Shown: one piece after another, positions 37,401-50,999 of the stretch
Position numbering within the stretch: the first letter of the stretch is position 1
Layout of the letters: each line of letters opens with the position of its first letter
From: Prorocentrum cordatum
Lineage: Eukaryota
Assembly: GCA_963575745.1 (NCBI GenBank)
Contig: CAUYUJ010000292.1
Location: forward strand, 496,001-560,000
Direction of reading: 5' to 3'
DNA: 64,000 nt
Position numbers and translations under genes: made by a program
Notes under the pieces: model-generated
Database searches by the model: none
What the model saw: the letters and a program-made list of their open reading frames with translations, nothing else
Told to the model about the DNA's origin: nothing

Positions 37401-39241
37401 GCCTTGCTGCTGGTTCTGTTTGTGTGGCTGTTAACCTGCGGTCCGACGTATTGCTGGCATGCCTGCCTGCTTGTATGCCGGCCTGCTGGATTGATTTCTT
37501 AGGTGCTAGCTTCTTGCGATTCGCTTGCTCCCACTTGCTGCGGGTTGTTATTGCTCAGTGTTGATTGCTGCTGCTTGCTACTGTTAGCTGTTTCTCGTTT
37601 CTGCTGTTGCCAACTGTTGACTGGTGCTGGCACCTGCTTGCCGTAGTTTGGTGCTGCTGATTGCTGTTGCTTGGTGCTGGCTGTTGCTGCTTGATGCGTG
37701 CTTGCTTGGCGCAGGTGATATGAACGCGTGTTGGTGCTGCTGCGTTTCTACTGCTCGGCGAGGCTAACTTCTGCTAAGGCTTGCGTCTGCTAAGGCTTGC
37801 GTCTGCTCGGCGAGGCTGCTTATGATGCAGTCTGCTGCTGCCTGTTAGTGCTGACTTCTGCTAAGGCTTGCGTCTGCTAACTGCTCATGGCGCCGCTGCT
37901 GGCTCTGCTGGTGCTGGATCTGGGGGTTGTGTCGGGGCTCGCTGGGCCCGTCTCACGGCTCTCCGTGGGGCCTCCTGCGTCATCGTGGTGCCCTCTGGAG
38001 GCCCCCTCGGGCTCCGTGGAGGGCCTTCTGGGCGCATCCTGGGGCTCTCTTGGGGCCGCCTCGGGAGCTGTATGGAGCGCTCGGGTGCCGTCCTGGGACT
38101 GTCCGGGGGCTATGCCCTCTTGGAAACGCGTCGGGGCACTCCGAGGCCGTGTCGGGCACTGCCGGACTTGGGTGGAGGCGAGCCAGGAGGCATCTGGGCG
38201 TCGAGGACGGCGTCGCCCCCCGAGCGGAGCCGCCGAGGCAACGCAGCCCAGGGCTGGCCTAGGGAAACAAGCTGCCCTTCTCGCACGCCCGTGCCATACC
38301 AACACGGAGCCTGATGAGTGTACCATCCACGGGCCTTCCTCAAACTCATCTTGGAGTCCTCCAGGCCAGCCTTAGGTCGGGCATGTTCTCCTACAGGCGG
38401 GCTTTGGACGTGTCAACAAAAATACCCCCCAAATAATCAAACATGGTCAAAGCGTCGTCCCCAGATAATCTCTTAAACTATTTTGGAAGACTCCTCCTTT
38501 GGAGGGACGTGCCCTGCTTGCTGTTACCATCCTCGGGCCCTCCTCGAACGCATCCTGGAGTCCTCCGGGCCCGCCTCGCGGGGGCCGCTTTGGGAGCCTC
38601 CGGGAGCCTCCTCTCGGCCTCACCTGGGAGCCTCCCTGGGCCCGGGCCGGCCGGGTGGCCTCCATCGTGCCGCCCTGGGCTCTCGGGGCCGCGCCTGGGT
38701 GCCTCTTGGGTCGTCCGTGGCGCCTCCTGGGCTGCCTGGGGCCGCCTGGGTGCCGGCCGAGGGGGCACGTCGTAGCGTGTTGGGGCGATCTTGGGGGCCC
38801 GTGTGGTGGTGCTGGGCGCTTCGAGGACGAGGAGCACGAGAATAACGGCGCTGTGCGTCGAGCAAGAGACGAAACGCACGAGCACGAAGAGCGAGGAGAG
38901 CACGAGCGAGTGACGGAGAGCACGAGCACGAAGGAACTTGAGAACGATCTGCGTTTCTTGGGGCTGTCTGGGGACTCCGCTCGGAGCCCTCTTGAAACGT
39001 CTCGGGGGCCTCGGGGATGCCGTCTCGGACGTCTTCGGGCACTCTCGGACCGTCTCGGAGTCCACTCGGCCCATCTCGGAGGACTCTTTGGACCCCCCTT
39101 GGCCGTCACAGGCGCAGCGGCACGGGCGTGTGGGGAGCACCTGGGAGCTCTGCAGGCGCCTCTGGGGGCCTTCCAGACGCTGGATGAGCTATCTGGACAG
39201 CGCTCCTCCCGCACGAGCGGGGCCCAGCCATGTAGGAGAAA

Positions 39242-39499
39242 TGACGTTGGGCTCCAGCTTCGCCTCCCCAGTGATGCGCGATCTGCTGAGCAAGATCATC
39301 TCGCTGCTGAGCGAGATGATCTCGCTGAGCAGCGCCAGTGTCCGCTGCCACTGCTTGCCCTTCTCGCACGCGCTGATCCCAGCGTTATAGCTAATGACGT
39401 TGGGTTTCAGCTTCGCCTCCTGCATCTCGCTCAGCAGCGCCAGCGCCCGCTGCCACTGCTCGCTCTTTTCGCACGCGCTGATCCCAGCACTGTAGCTGA
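39242..39499 (-). pseudogene. PPR motif block (2 motifs plus an internal 48-nt expansion)
   Basis: SYSAGISACEKSEQWQRALALLSEMQEAKLKPNVISYNAGISACEKGKQWQRTLALLSEIISLSSEMILLS...EAKLEPNV. Confidence 0.88.
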
Positions 39500-40631
39500 C
39501 TAGGGCTGACCCACGGACGACGCCCACGAAATCTGCACGAACTGGCACGCTATTGTGCACATGCCGCCGGAAGGATGAGATGAATAACGTTGGGCTCGAC
39601 ACTAGCAGTCCGCACGTTTCCCTGCGTGTTGCTGCGTGCTGCCGCTGTTTCGGTCATGTTGGTGATGCTTGCCGCTGCTACATTTGTTGCTGCTTGTGGC
39701 TCCAGAGTATTGATGATGGCCAGTTGTGCTTGGTGCGTGCCGCTGCCCGCTGCCTGCTGGTGCTTGCGGTTGCTGTATGCTGCCGCCGCTGCTGCCTGCT
39801 TCGTGCTGCTGCCGTTCGCTGCTGCTGACTGGTGCTGCAGGATGCTGCCGCTCGCTGCCTGCTTCGTGCTGCCTGCCTACGGTTGGTGCCCGCCGGAACA
39901 AATACTTGTCTGCTCCGTCGGCGGCGAGGCAGAGGCAGCCCGCTCCAGCGTGTGGCCACTCGAGGCAACCCAAAGGCGACTCGTCCGCCGTGCATGAGGG
40001 GGAGAGAAAGCGAGGGCGGCCGCGCGGGGGGAGTCGCAAGGAGGAGAGCGCTCACACGTGGAAGACTTCCGCGTCGGGCGGGCCAGGGCAGCCAACCGAG
40101 GCAGCGGTAACCTTCTTAGGTCGGGCCTGTCCCCCTACAAGGGGATTTTGGATGAAAAAAGAATAGTCGAACAATACCCCCCGAATCATCAAGAATAGTC
40201 TAAACGTCCCCAGACTATTTTTTGCCATTTTGGAATATTCCTTCTGTGGAGGGACAGGCCCGACTTACCGGTAACCGTGGCCGGAAAATACACACGTCCG
40301 AGCGATGCCGAGGCTCTGTGATCGCACCCGCGGCACCAATCGGGGGCGGCCAAGATGGGGGTGTCCAAGAGGGGGGGGGGGGCGCAAATCATGGCCGGCG
40401 ACATGTGCGCGGCCCTAGAGGGGGGGAGGCCCGGGGACGTAACGAGATAAGAGGCGCCATGACATCTGGGGAACTATCACGGTCCACGCAATGATATCCA
40501 CAACACCTATAGTAACCACTCTCTTCTCGGGCGCCCCCCGGACCAAGAGAGCGCGCACGCCGCCGCGAGGAGCGCCCGAGGCCCCTCGGGCGACAAAACA
40601 GGGACGGCGAGAGGGGGGGGAGGGGGGGGAG

Positions 40632-40731
40632 NNNNNNNNNNNNNNNNNNNNNNNNNNNNNNNNNNNNNNNNNNNNNNNNNNNNNNNNNNNNNNNNNNNNN
40701 NNNNNNNNNNNNNNNNNNNNNNNNNNNNNNN
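40632..40731. other. Assembly gap (100 N)
   Basis: Run of n; true length unknown. Confidence 0.99.
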
Positions 40732-43301
40732 CCCCCCACTAGAAATCACCACGAAATGTTCTTAGAACCCGAAAATGTTCGAAGAACAAAAACAATGTTC
40801 GTAGAACAGAAACCCGACGTGATAAAACAAGACAGGCTCCACCAGAAAAGTTCTGAGAACACTTCGTGGAAACCACAAAAGGCTCTTAGAACAGTGTTTG
40901 GTACGGCTATAGGCAAGCCAGGACGCTTCGCCACTGCTTGAAGGGCCCTGGGCCGCCCGCGGAGCTCCTGGAACCATCTCGTGGGGCGGACCGGGGCCGC
41001 CTCGGGACCGGCTCGGGGGCCCGGCAGGGCCCCCGGGGGCCACCCTGGGAGCGTCACTCCCTTCCTCCTCCACTCCCCTTCCTCCATCCTCCTCTCTCTC
41101 CCCTCCTCCCCTCCCCTCCTCACTCCTCTCCTCTCTTCCTCTCCTCCTCCTTCCTCCTCTCCTCCCCCCCTTCCCCTTCCCCCCTTTCCCCATCCTCCCC
41201 CTCCTCCTCCTTCCTCCTTTCTCCTCCTCCTCCTGCTCTCCGTCCTCTCCTCCTCCTCCTCCTCCTCCTCCTCCTCCTCCTCCTCCTCCTATCCCTCCTC
41301 CTATCTCTCCTCCTATCCCTCCTCCTATCCCTCCTCCTCCTCCGGGAGCGTCTGGAGCCTCGTGGCGCGTGTCGAGGGCCTCATCGTTGCTGTCGGGGAG
41401 CCTTTGGGCCCATTGTGGCGACGTTCCTGTTGAGAAAGCACGGCGGCTGCCACCCCAGACCCCCCCGGGCAATGTCAAAATCATGACGGGAGGTTGTTCC
41501 TAATTTTCGGCCACTGGACGCCCACGCCAGCCCTCGGGACCGTCAATAGAACGATTCAGAATGGAAAACCGGCCCACGGGAACGGGTCGAGACGTCTGAG
41601 GGTCGACGTTGTGAACAAATTCATGACGTCGGGGGTCTGGGTCAGTGCTGTCGGAAGCCTCTGTGTCCAATATGGTGGCGTTCGTTGAAGGAAAAATGGC
41701 GGCTGCCACAAGAACCGCAACGCAACTACAGGATTTCCGCTCCTTGGAGGCGCTCCGCGCACCATCTTGGCACATGGCCCCTAAAGAACCCCGGGGAAGA
41801 CGACGGTGCCTGGCACATCGGAAGCTCGGCGCAGACAGTGTGAGCGCCGTTTGGGAGCGCTCTGCAGGCACCACTCCACTGCCATCTCTGGACAGGGGGA
41901 CACATCGACCTGGAATCTGCGATATACAACGCCCACAGATCGGCGACAGGGCCCCGATAGTGAATCCGCACGTTGCTGGGCAGGTCGGGGCTATCGGGCA
42001 CCTATCGGCGATCAGTGGGCGATCGGGGGTCAAAGCATCTCCCCCTATACCTATCCCCCCCTATCGTTGCCCTGACTGCTGGTTGCCAGCGTGAGGCCGT
42101 CTTTGGATCTCTTCGGGCCCTCGTGTGCCCTCTCGAAGCTCTAAGCGTCACTTGGGGCCTCTGCCCGATGGTCACTCGAGGCGTCTGGGTGACCTTGGGC
42201 TTGGATGTGTCGGGGTGGCAGCACTGTCTCACCATGGCTCGGACGTCCATTCCTCCTGCATTTCTCGGTTTCGTGCGTGCATTCTTGCCAAGTGATCCAA
42301 GATGCTCCCCAGTTGTCCCCGCCGAGAAAAATTCACACGTCCGAGCGATGCCGTCTGTTACGTCAAGAACAACGTTTCCAAGCACGCGCGGGTGCGATCA
42401 TTGGAATCCCAACGGAGCTCGGCATCCTGAGAATCCGGCGGACTTCCCTATATACCCATCGCCGCGATCCATACACAGAGCAGGAAGAAAACGCTAAGGG
42501 CCCATGAAACACGGCTGCGCAGCAACGGCCGCGGGGGGGCAGCAGACGCCACGGGCCACGCACGACCGCACCGCCGGATTTCCTGGAGACTGCCTACTGG
42601 TTCGTCGAAAGGGGGCCACGGGCTACGGTGGTCCGCGGGCCGCAGCGGCGTTGCAATGAACGTGACACGTAGGTTTTACGGTTGATCGATTTGCGAAGCG
42701 ACCCTTGACTGACAATGGGGCTGTTAATCTTTGCTCTTGCCCTACAGAGCATTACTCCCTCCTCCGTCGCCTCATTGACAGAGATCGCCTCAGCTGCCCT
42801 TCAGCGAACTTCAACCTTGGGCCTTGGGCCATCCTATAGCCGCCTGGGTACCGGCTTGGACGCAATCCCGGGCAATCCTGGACCATCTGGGAGGCCCTTC
42901 GATGCTGTCGGGAACCTGCGGGGCCCACCTGGAACGCACTGGCCAGGGAAGACAAGGAATGACAGAGATGGTGAACTACAACTAACGGATGTAGAAGATT
43001 TTGAACTTCATGGAGGGCCACTGTGGCTCTTAGGACCTTGTGGAGGTCTCTGGAGGCCATCTTGAGGCCTCTCGGACGTAGGCGGGCCATCTTCGAAGCC
43101 AACTAGGAAATACTGGAGCCCTCATCTTGTGGAGCACCTGTACCACGTGAGAGCGCTCCCATGGGTGTCTTCGGGGTATCTTCGGGTCCAGTGGGTCTCT
43201 CCGGGGCCGTCTGTGGGCCGGCCACGCCGATCTGGCTCCCTCGAAGCTAGTGGTACTGCTTGCCCAAGCCGGGCTCGCTGCACACGGTCCCGTAAAAGAG
43301 A

Positions 43302-43625
43302 TGAGGCGGGGCTCCAGCTTCGATCTCCGCATCTCGTTGAGCAGCGCCAAACCCAACTATCACTGCTCGCACATCTCGGATACGTTAAACCCGGCGCTAT
43401 AACAAATGACGATGGGCTTCAGTTTCAGCTCCAACATCCCGCCGAGAAGGGCAAAGGACCACTATTAATACTCGCACTTCTCGCTCCTCTCGCACGCGCT
43501 GATCCCGGCACTGTAGCTGATCACGTCGGGAACTAGCTTGGTCTTCCACATCTCGCTGAGAAGCGCCCAAGCTCGCTGCCACTGCAAACCCTTCTCGCAC
43601 GCGCTGATGCCGACGTTGTAGCTGA
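43302..43625 (-). pseudogene. PPR motif block (~3 motifs, last two frameshifted/degenerate)
   Basis: SYNVGISACEKGLQWQRAWALLSEMWKTKLVPDVISYSAGISACERSEKCEY*, later LALLNEMRRSKLEPRL. Confidence 0.85.
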
Positions 43626-45350
43626 CCAGGGCGAACCCGTGGACTACGTCCACGAAGGCTATTCGAAACAGCTCGCGGGGTCCAGGCGGGGATCTCGACG
43701 AAATGCTTTCATGATGACGGTCGGCGGCGTGCCTTTCGGAACCTGGCACCCTTGGGGGGCACAGACGTTTCCCTAAGCCCTCTGGGGTGTGCATAACCGC
43801 AATAAGCCATCGAGGACCCCCCACGGGTTATCATTCGCACAGCACCGTAATCAAATAATTATGGGGGGCGGTTTTCGTCGAACGATATGATTAGCACCGC
43901 GCAAACGAAAATAAACAATTCCCGCGCCCCGGCTCGGGTGACATCCCAATTGAAATTGGAATGATATTGAAAATAATGATGACAATGGTGAAACACGAGT
44001 AGTCATAATAATAATGATAACATGGGTAATGATATCAAATAGATAAGAGTAAGAGTAAGGCCATATTTCGTGAATGTCTCAGGCGGTTTGCTTGTTTCGG
44101 CGAGCAGACTCGTCTGCGTTCACATAAAAGTGCGAGGTGCCCTGGTAACGCTTCTGGGGTGCCAGGTGCGTGATACTTTCGCCGGAGAGGGGGGGTGTCA
44201 TAATTGCTTCTGGCGTTTATGGGGGCTTCTCGGGTTTGAAACCTCTGGGGCCCTCTTCTCCAAGTCACCCTTCGCTAGTTATTGGGAGCCCTGGTGTGCA
44301 GAACTTTGAACGTCATCCGAATCCTCTTGGGGCCCTCTGCGGAGGGCCCAGCATGCCCCTCGGGGAATTCTGAAGGCTCGCTTGGATTACTTGCGGCTCT
44401 CTCGGGCCACCTTGGGTGCCTCCTGGACCGTCTGCGGATGACGTCGGGCGTCTTGGGCCGTCTTGGAGCTCTCTGTGAGCCCCCTGGGCCCCTTCTGCGG
44501 TCCTGGGGCGTTCTGGGCGGTCCCCTGCGTCGTCCTGGCCCGTTCTGGGTCCCGGCATGGCGACAACCAGAGAATCCTGCCGGAGATGAGAAAAGCTGTG
44601 CGTTCGCGGCCTCGGGCTGTCGTGGAGGAGCCTCCGCTGTTGTCTCTTTAGGGAGCCTCCCGTGGTTCGTGGTTCGGGAAACACAGCAGCGCGCGTCTGG
44701 GAGCCGTCGGGGGGACGTCTTGGGACGTCTTGGGGCCATCACAGGAAGGAAGAAAACCGACACCAACACCACCAGGGACAATTTCCTGGGCGATGCAAGA
44801 CCGAAGACTGGGAAAGACGGACAGACCCGAAGGCGGCGCAGCCGGTGAGCATAGGCAGGGGACGGATCGGGGGAGGGGAGGCGACGCAAACAGAGCGGTT
44901 GCTCACAGAACGGAGGGGGGACGCATGCGGGACAAGCAACGCTACCCCAAACCGTCGGGGCTACAGAACACCCCACCCCTCGGGATCCCATCGGCGACTC
45001 CCCTGCCCTACCCATCGTGGGAGCCGAGCCCGATTGCGAGGATGTCCTGAGCGAAGGGGGGGACCAGCACCACCAGGGACCCTCCCGCCGGGCAGAGCGA
45101 TCGGGTCCCCGAGACCCTAGGTGCCGCGACCCTCCCGATTCGTATGCGGGCCATTTGGGCGCGCGACTGCGTGGTCGTTTATTGTTCCTGCTCCTGTGGG
45201 CTCTCTGAAAGCGCTCCTATCAGTGCGCAGGAGAGGCCGGGGGTCGCGCGAGGGCCCGCCAGGGAGGGCTGCGAGGGCCCGCGGGGGGGATTTTGGATAC
45301 TTGATCGCCCACCCTTCAGGCACGCACCGCTTCGGGCCACATAGGGTACA
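43626..45350 (-). mobile_element. Helitron-like element between PPR blocks
   Basis: 3' CTGG with hairpin cgtggac-tac-gtccacg (43638-43654). 5' TGTACCCTATGTGGCC...GTGCGTGCCTGAAGGG at 45350. Confidence 0.65.
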
Positions 45351-45770
45351 TGATGGTGGGCTCCAGCTCCACCTCCCCCATCTCGCTCAGCAACACTAGA
45401 GCCCGCTGCCACTGCTCGCCCTTCTCGCACGCGCTGATCCCAGCGCAGTAGCTGATCACGTCGGGCTCCAACTGCGCCTCCCTCATGTCGCTTAGAAGCG
45501 CCAAAGCCCGCAGCCACTGCACGCCCTTCTCGCACGCGCTGATCCCAGCGTTGTAGCTGTTCACGTTCGGTTTCAGCTTCGCCTCCCACATCTCGCTTAG
45601 CAGCGCCAGACCCCGCTGCCACTGCTCGCCCTTCTCGCACGCGCTGATCCCAGCGCAGTAGCTGATCACGTCGGGCTCCAGCTGCGCCTCCCGCATCTCG
45701 CTGAGAAGCGCCACAGCCCGCTGCCACTGCTCGCCCTTCTCGCACGCGCTGACCCCTGCGCTGTAGCTGA
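45351..45770 (-). CDS. Four intact tandem PPR motifs (exon or gene fragment of a PPR protein)
   Basis: 420 nt = 4 x 105, open frame; four copies of SYxAGxSACEKGxQWxRxxxLLSxMxExxLxPxx, matching the 35-aa P-type PPR pattern. Confidence 0.85.
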
Positions 45771-47879
45771 ACCGGGCTGACCCGTGGTACCCAATGCTGC
45801 TTGCTGCTATCGTGGTGTTCGTGGGTGCTACCGTCGACTGCATGCTGCTGCCTCTGTTTGCTGCTGCAGTGTGCTGCCGCTGCTGCTGCTGCTGGTTTCG
45901 TGCTGCGTGCTGGTGCTGCTGCTGCTCTTTGCTGCTGCTGCTGCTGCTGCTGCTTGGTGCTCCAGTGTGCTGCTAGGCTAGTCGTGCTACTTGGCGCAGC
46001 CTTCTAGTGGTGAGTGAACCAAGGGGTGAGGGGTCCGATCGAGGAGGCAGGAGAGAGGAGTGACGAGCTACCAGCGAGGAGCGATGGCCGAGGAGAACGG
46101 AATGAGAATGGTTAGGCGCGAGTAGCAAAGAGGGAGGCGTACAGGGGTTGGGAGATGGGGGCGAGGGATGAAGAGGAATACTAATAGAGGAGCAGGGTGC
46201 GAGAGGGGAGGGGGCCACGAGGGAGCAGCGGTGGGTGGGGAACGAGTTCTGCGAGGGGCGTGGATCCGGGAGAGCGGCTTGAGAAGCGGCGGGCCCCGTC
46301 CTTTCCCCTGGCCTGCCACCCTCATTCGCCATCACTCGGACGTCCGTTCCCTGTGCATGGTTCGGTCTCGTGCGTGCCCCCTTCACCAGGTGAACAAGCA
46401 TCTCCCTCGATGGCCCTCGCCGCGAAAAGATGGGCACACGCCCGAGCGATGCCAAGCTCAGACCATGGCCACCTCGCCCCTGGCCCAGGGCCGCGCCACG
46501 CCCACCTGCCCCCTCCTGGCCCCGCTGCCCCTGGCCTGTCTCCCAGATGCCCGCCCGACCCTCGCTGGTCCTCTGCCACCAACCCCTGCCCATGGCCGTG
46601 CCTCCCCCGCAGGCCCTCGAAACCCTTCTTTCTTCGCGACCGGCTCTTTCGCTGGTGCGTCACGGTCCTCCTTCCCTGGTGTAGCCCCAGTCCTCCTCCA
46701 GACCCCCTCGCCGGTAGCCTTGTGGATGCCATGAGAATGGACACTCTAGCCGTTGTATCATGGAATTTGGAATGTCTTCTGTATGCTCTCTGCATGGTGT
46801 AAACAACACGTCGAGACATAATTCAAACAGGTTCTATGATTTTGGACGCACGTTTAAAATACATGCTGAGAAGGTTTTTGACGTCTGGGAACTGTTTGGC
46901 AATATGCCTCCTCTCCCTGGGTCATCTTCCACAACACCAGCCCCTCTCCCCCAGGCCCCCCCCCCAACGGAGCTCCGGGCCCCTTTACGTATGTGGCTCG
47001 CTGCTTCGCCTTCCCTCCCTGGCTCCGCCCTGGCCCTCTACCAGGCCCTCACCCCTGGCGCCGCGCCGGTCCTCCCCCAGGCCCTGCCCTCAGAGCCCCG
47101 ACGTCGCGACTTCCACTCATAACTTCGACAGCCATGGAGGTCCCGACACATTCCCCAAGGACGGGCTTTTCATCCCGAGTCGTTGCTTGACGGCTGAGAA
47201 TAGAGAAACCTTCCGTCGCGATCTCTTTTTCCATGGCTCGAGGAAGTCTGGGCCTCTGGCTCCGCAGCTCGTGGTCGTTCGCTCGTGGCTCGTCCCTGGC
47301 CTCCCCCTCCTCCTCCTCCTCCTCCTCCTCCTCCTCCTCCTCCTCCTCCTCCTCCTCCTTGTCCTCCTCCTCCTTGTCCTCCTCCTCCTTGTCCCTCTGC
47401 TTTGTCTCCTCTCCTACTTGTGCTCTCCTCTCCCCTCCACCTGTCCTCTCCTCCTCCTTGTCTCCTCCTCCTCATTCTTCCTCCTCCTCCTGATTCTTTC
47501 CCTCCTCCCTCTCTCCCTCTCTTATTCCCTCCCTCCTCCTCCGCGTCTCGTCTCCTCCTTTTCCTCCTCCTCTCTCCTTCCTCTCCTCCTCCTCCTCCTC
47601 CTCCTCCTCCTCCTCTTGTTCTTAATATTATTATTCGTATGTGTCTTCTTCTTCGTATTACTATCACTAATACTAGTATTCGTATTATTCGAATTATTAA
47701 TTCTATTACCATTATGATTGTTTCTGTCATTACTATGCATATTCCTCTTCTGATCAAAGTGAGGGGGCGAACGGTCATTAATTGTCCCTGCTGCGTGGCT
47801 GAATAAGAAATTCGTGGTGACAATTCTGCGTGTTGTTGTTGGTGTTGTTGTTGCTTGTTGTCATCGTCCCACCAACGAC

Positions 47880-48115
47880 GCACCCGCGACCCACCCCACG
47901 ACCAACCCCGCGACCCACCCCACGACCCACCCCGCGACCCACCCGTGACCCAACCCGCGACCCACCCGCGACCAACCCCGCGACCACCCCGCGACCCACC
48001 CGCGACCAACCCCGCGACCCACCCCGCGACCCACCCGCGACCCACCCCGCGACCCATCCGCGACCCATCCGCGACCCACCCCCGACCCACCCCGCGACCC
48101 ACCCCGCGGCCCACC
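47880..48115. repeat. ~12-nt minisatellite (CCCGCGACCCAC)
   Basis: About 19 units, with a remnant at ~48280-48345. Confidence 0.9.
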
Positions 48116-50894
48116 CTCAAGGGAGGAAAAACCACCCAGACCCGACGATTGACGTTTGGAACGGCCCTGGGCATTGACTAAACAGCCCTGCCGTGTTCGA
48201 ATCATTCCGTGTGTGCGTTTACTGAACGGCTTCGCTTGCCGGGGCGATGATTATGGGGTGGGTTTTCTGCCCTCTACACCCGCGAGCTACCCGCGACCAA
48301 ACAGCGACCCACCCGCGACCCATTTGCGACCCACCCGCGACCTACCCACATGGGTTTAACGAAAAATCCGGCGCCTGTGGCGGGCTCTTTGTATAATTTG
48401 TAAAACTTTGGCGCCTGCGGCGGGCTTCTCCAGAGTCTCGCAAACTCCCGACGTCCCCACCGCCCCCCTCTTGTATCCGCATCTGCGGGGCGCTACGTTT
48501 TTCCTCCTCCTCCTGCTCCTCCTCCTCCTCCTCCGCTCCGGCGCACGCAGCCGCGCGTCGCCTTGGCATTCCAGCGCCGCCTCGTCCTCCTCCTCGTCCT
48601 CCCGCGCCGCAGCGTGTGCCTTTCTCTCATCCGCCGCCGCAAGGAGGCCCCGCCCCTCCGTCCTGCCTCATCCTCCGTCTCCTGCGGCGCGGTCCGTCGT
48701 CGGTCCGCCGTGAGTCCGCGTCTCGTGCCTGCGCCTCGGCTGCGTCCGTCGTCCGCGTCCTCGGCCTCGGCCTCGGTGCAGCCTCCTCAGCTCCTCCTAC
48801 CGTCCGCCGCCGCCTCCGCCGTCGCCTCGTAGGTCCCAATCCAGTGCACCCATCCGCCTCCGCAGCTGCTAGCCGCTCAGGCGGAGGTGGAGGAGGCTGG
48901 TGTGGGGGGCGGCGGCGGCTCTGTGTTGGTAGTTGTTGCCCGATGACCTATGAGGAGGGTGTGTGCAGTGGTGGGGCGGCCGCTGCTACGCCGGGCGGGG
49001 ACGCGACGCGGAGGGGCCCCGCCGCGGCTTAGGCTCCGCCATTCCTCCCTGTAGGTTTGCCGCGGGGGCAGGCGGCACGCCGCGCAGCTCCGCCGCCGCC
49101 GCAGGAATCTACCGCCCTCCTGCCTCCGCAGCAGCATGTCTGCGTGCAGCATCGTCATCCTCGATTTTTTCCTCCTCGCAGCCCTTTGGTGTATGGACGT
49201 GCTTCCCCTCCCCTCCTCTCTCGCTTCCTCCTCCTCCTTTCCTCCTCGTCCTCGTCCTGTCTCGTGCTCGTGCTCGTCCTCCTCCTATCCTTCTCTCCTC
49301 ATTCCTCCCTCTTTTTTCCTCCCCCATCCCCTTCCCCGGCCTCATCTCCTCTCCTCCTTCTCCTCCTCTTCTTCTTCTTCTTCCTCCTCCTCCTCCTCCT
49401 CCTTGTCCTCCTCCTCTTCTCCTTTTCTCCTTCTCCTCCTTCTTCTCCCTCTGTTTTTCTTCCTCCGCTTCTTCTTCTTATTATTATTCTTCTTCCTCCT
49501 CCTCCTCCTCCTTCTCCTCCTCCCCCTTTGGACCCTGTGCGCCTCGGCCTGCCCGCCCCCCGGGGCCCAGGGGTCTGCCCCGCGCCAGGGCTGGAGGCAC
49601 GCTGGCTTCTGCCCGGGCGTGAGCGCGGGTGTGGGCGTTGGCCTGGGCCTGGGCGCGTGCCCGGGAGTGGGCGTGGACGTGGCTGGAATGGAGGGAGGGC
49701 GGGCCCCTGAGCGGGGCGGCGCCTCTCCCCTCCGGAGCGCCGGCGGGAGGGGCGGGAGGCGCGGTCTGTGAGCACTCGGGTGATAACCTGTGGGCCATCT
49801 TGGGTTGGCCTTCGGCGGTCTTGAGGCCGTCCTGGGCCCGTCCTGGAGGGCGGCATGGCCAATCTTCAGAGCGTCTTGGGCCCTACTGGAAGCTCTTGCG
49901 GGCGGCCTCAGGGGCCCTACTGGAGCGTGCGCAAGAGCTTCCTCGCATGCAAGTCTGCAAAACGATTGCCTGCAGCACTGCTTGCGTGCTGTCCCCGTTG
50001 TGTGGCTGCTAGCCTTCTGTATTTGCACTGTCTTGCACGCAGTCCTGCTTGTGCGCTGCCCCTGGCACATATTTCCGTTTGATTGCTGGGTTGCGAATTT
50101 CACCGCTGGCACGTTCGCTCGCTGCCGCTTGCTGCGACTCGGTGGTGCTGCCTGCTCTTTGCTGGTGCTACTTTTTATTGTGGTTCGGCGCTGTTGCTTG
50201 GTGATGTCTAGAGCCAGCCCTTACTGCTTGCCTGCTGCTGATTGAAACTGCTTGCTGCTGGTCGTGGTCCTTACTTGCTGCAACTGATTGCTGATGCTTG
50301 CTGCTGCTCGCCAGTGCTGTTTACTGCTGTCAGCTGTTACTTGGTAGTTACGTGTGCTGATGCTGCCTCCTGCTGTTGATTGTTGCTGATGGCTGCTGCC
50401 GCCATTGCTGCACCTGGATCTGTGAGACGCGCTGGGGCTCTCTTGCGCCGTAGTGGGGGCGTGCACACCCCTATGGGAGCCCTTCAAGGGTCTCGCAGGC
50501 CGTCTTGGCGCCCTCTGGAGGCCCAGTCGGGCCGTCCGGGTGCTCTCCAGGAGCGCTCTGTGGCCGTCCTGGGGCCCTCTTGGGGCTGGCTGAGGACCGT
50601 AATGGAGGCGCGTCGGGGGTATCAGACACTGCTGGGGTAAGGTGGACGCGAAAAGGTCAAGAAACCAACACACGTTGGGAAATGTAACGTATTTTGCAGA
50701 TTTGTTGGGTCTGCAGACCTCTTGGCGCCTCTGGGGGTCCCTCGGGTGCAGGCCCACAGCCTCGGAAATCCGTTGGGGGCCTGGTCCCAACGACCCCGAG
50801 CTTCTCGGAACGCCCAGATCGGCGACGCGGCCTGACACCAACGTGCCTCCAATATGTCACCCTCGCGCGCGCTGGCCCAGAACAACCGCATGGG

Positions 50895-50999
50895 TAACGT
50901 CGGGCTGCAGATTCGCTCCCCGCATCTCGCTGAGAAGCACCAGAGCCCGCTGCCACTGCTCGCCCTTCTCGCACGCGCTGACCGCAGCGTTGTAGCTGA
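50895..50999 (-). pseudogene. PPR motif block (1 motif, 105 nt)
   Basis: SYNAAVSACEKGEQWQRALVLLSEMRGANLQPDV. Confidence 0.85.
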
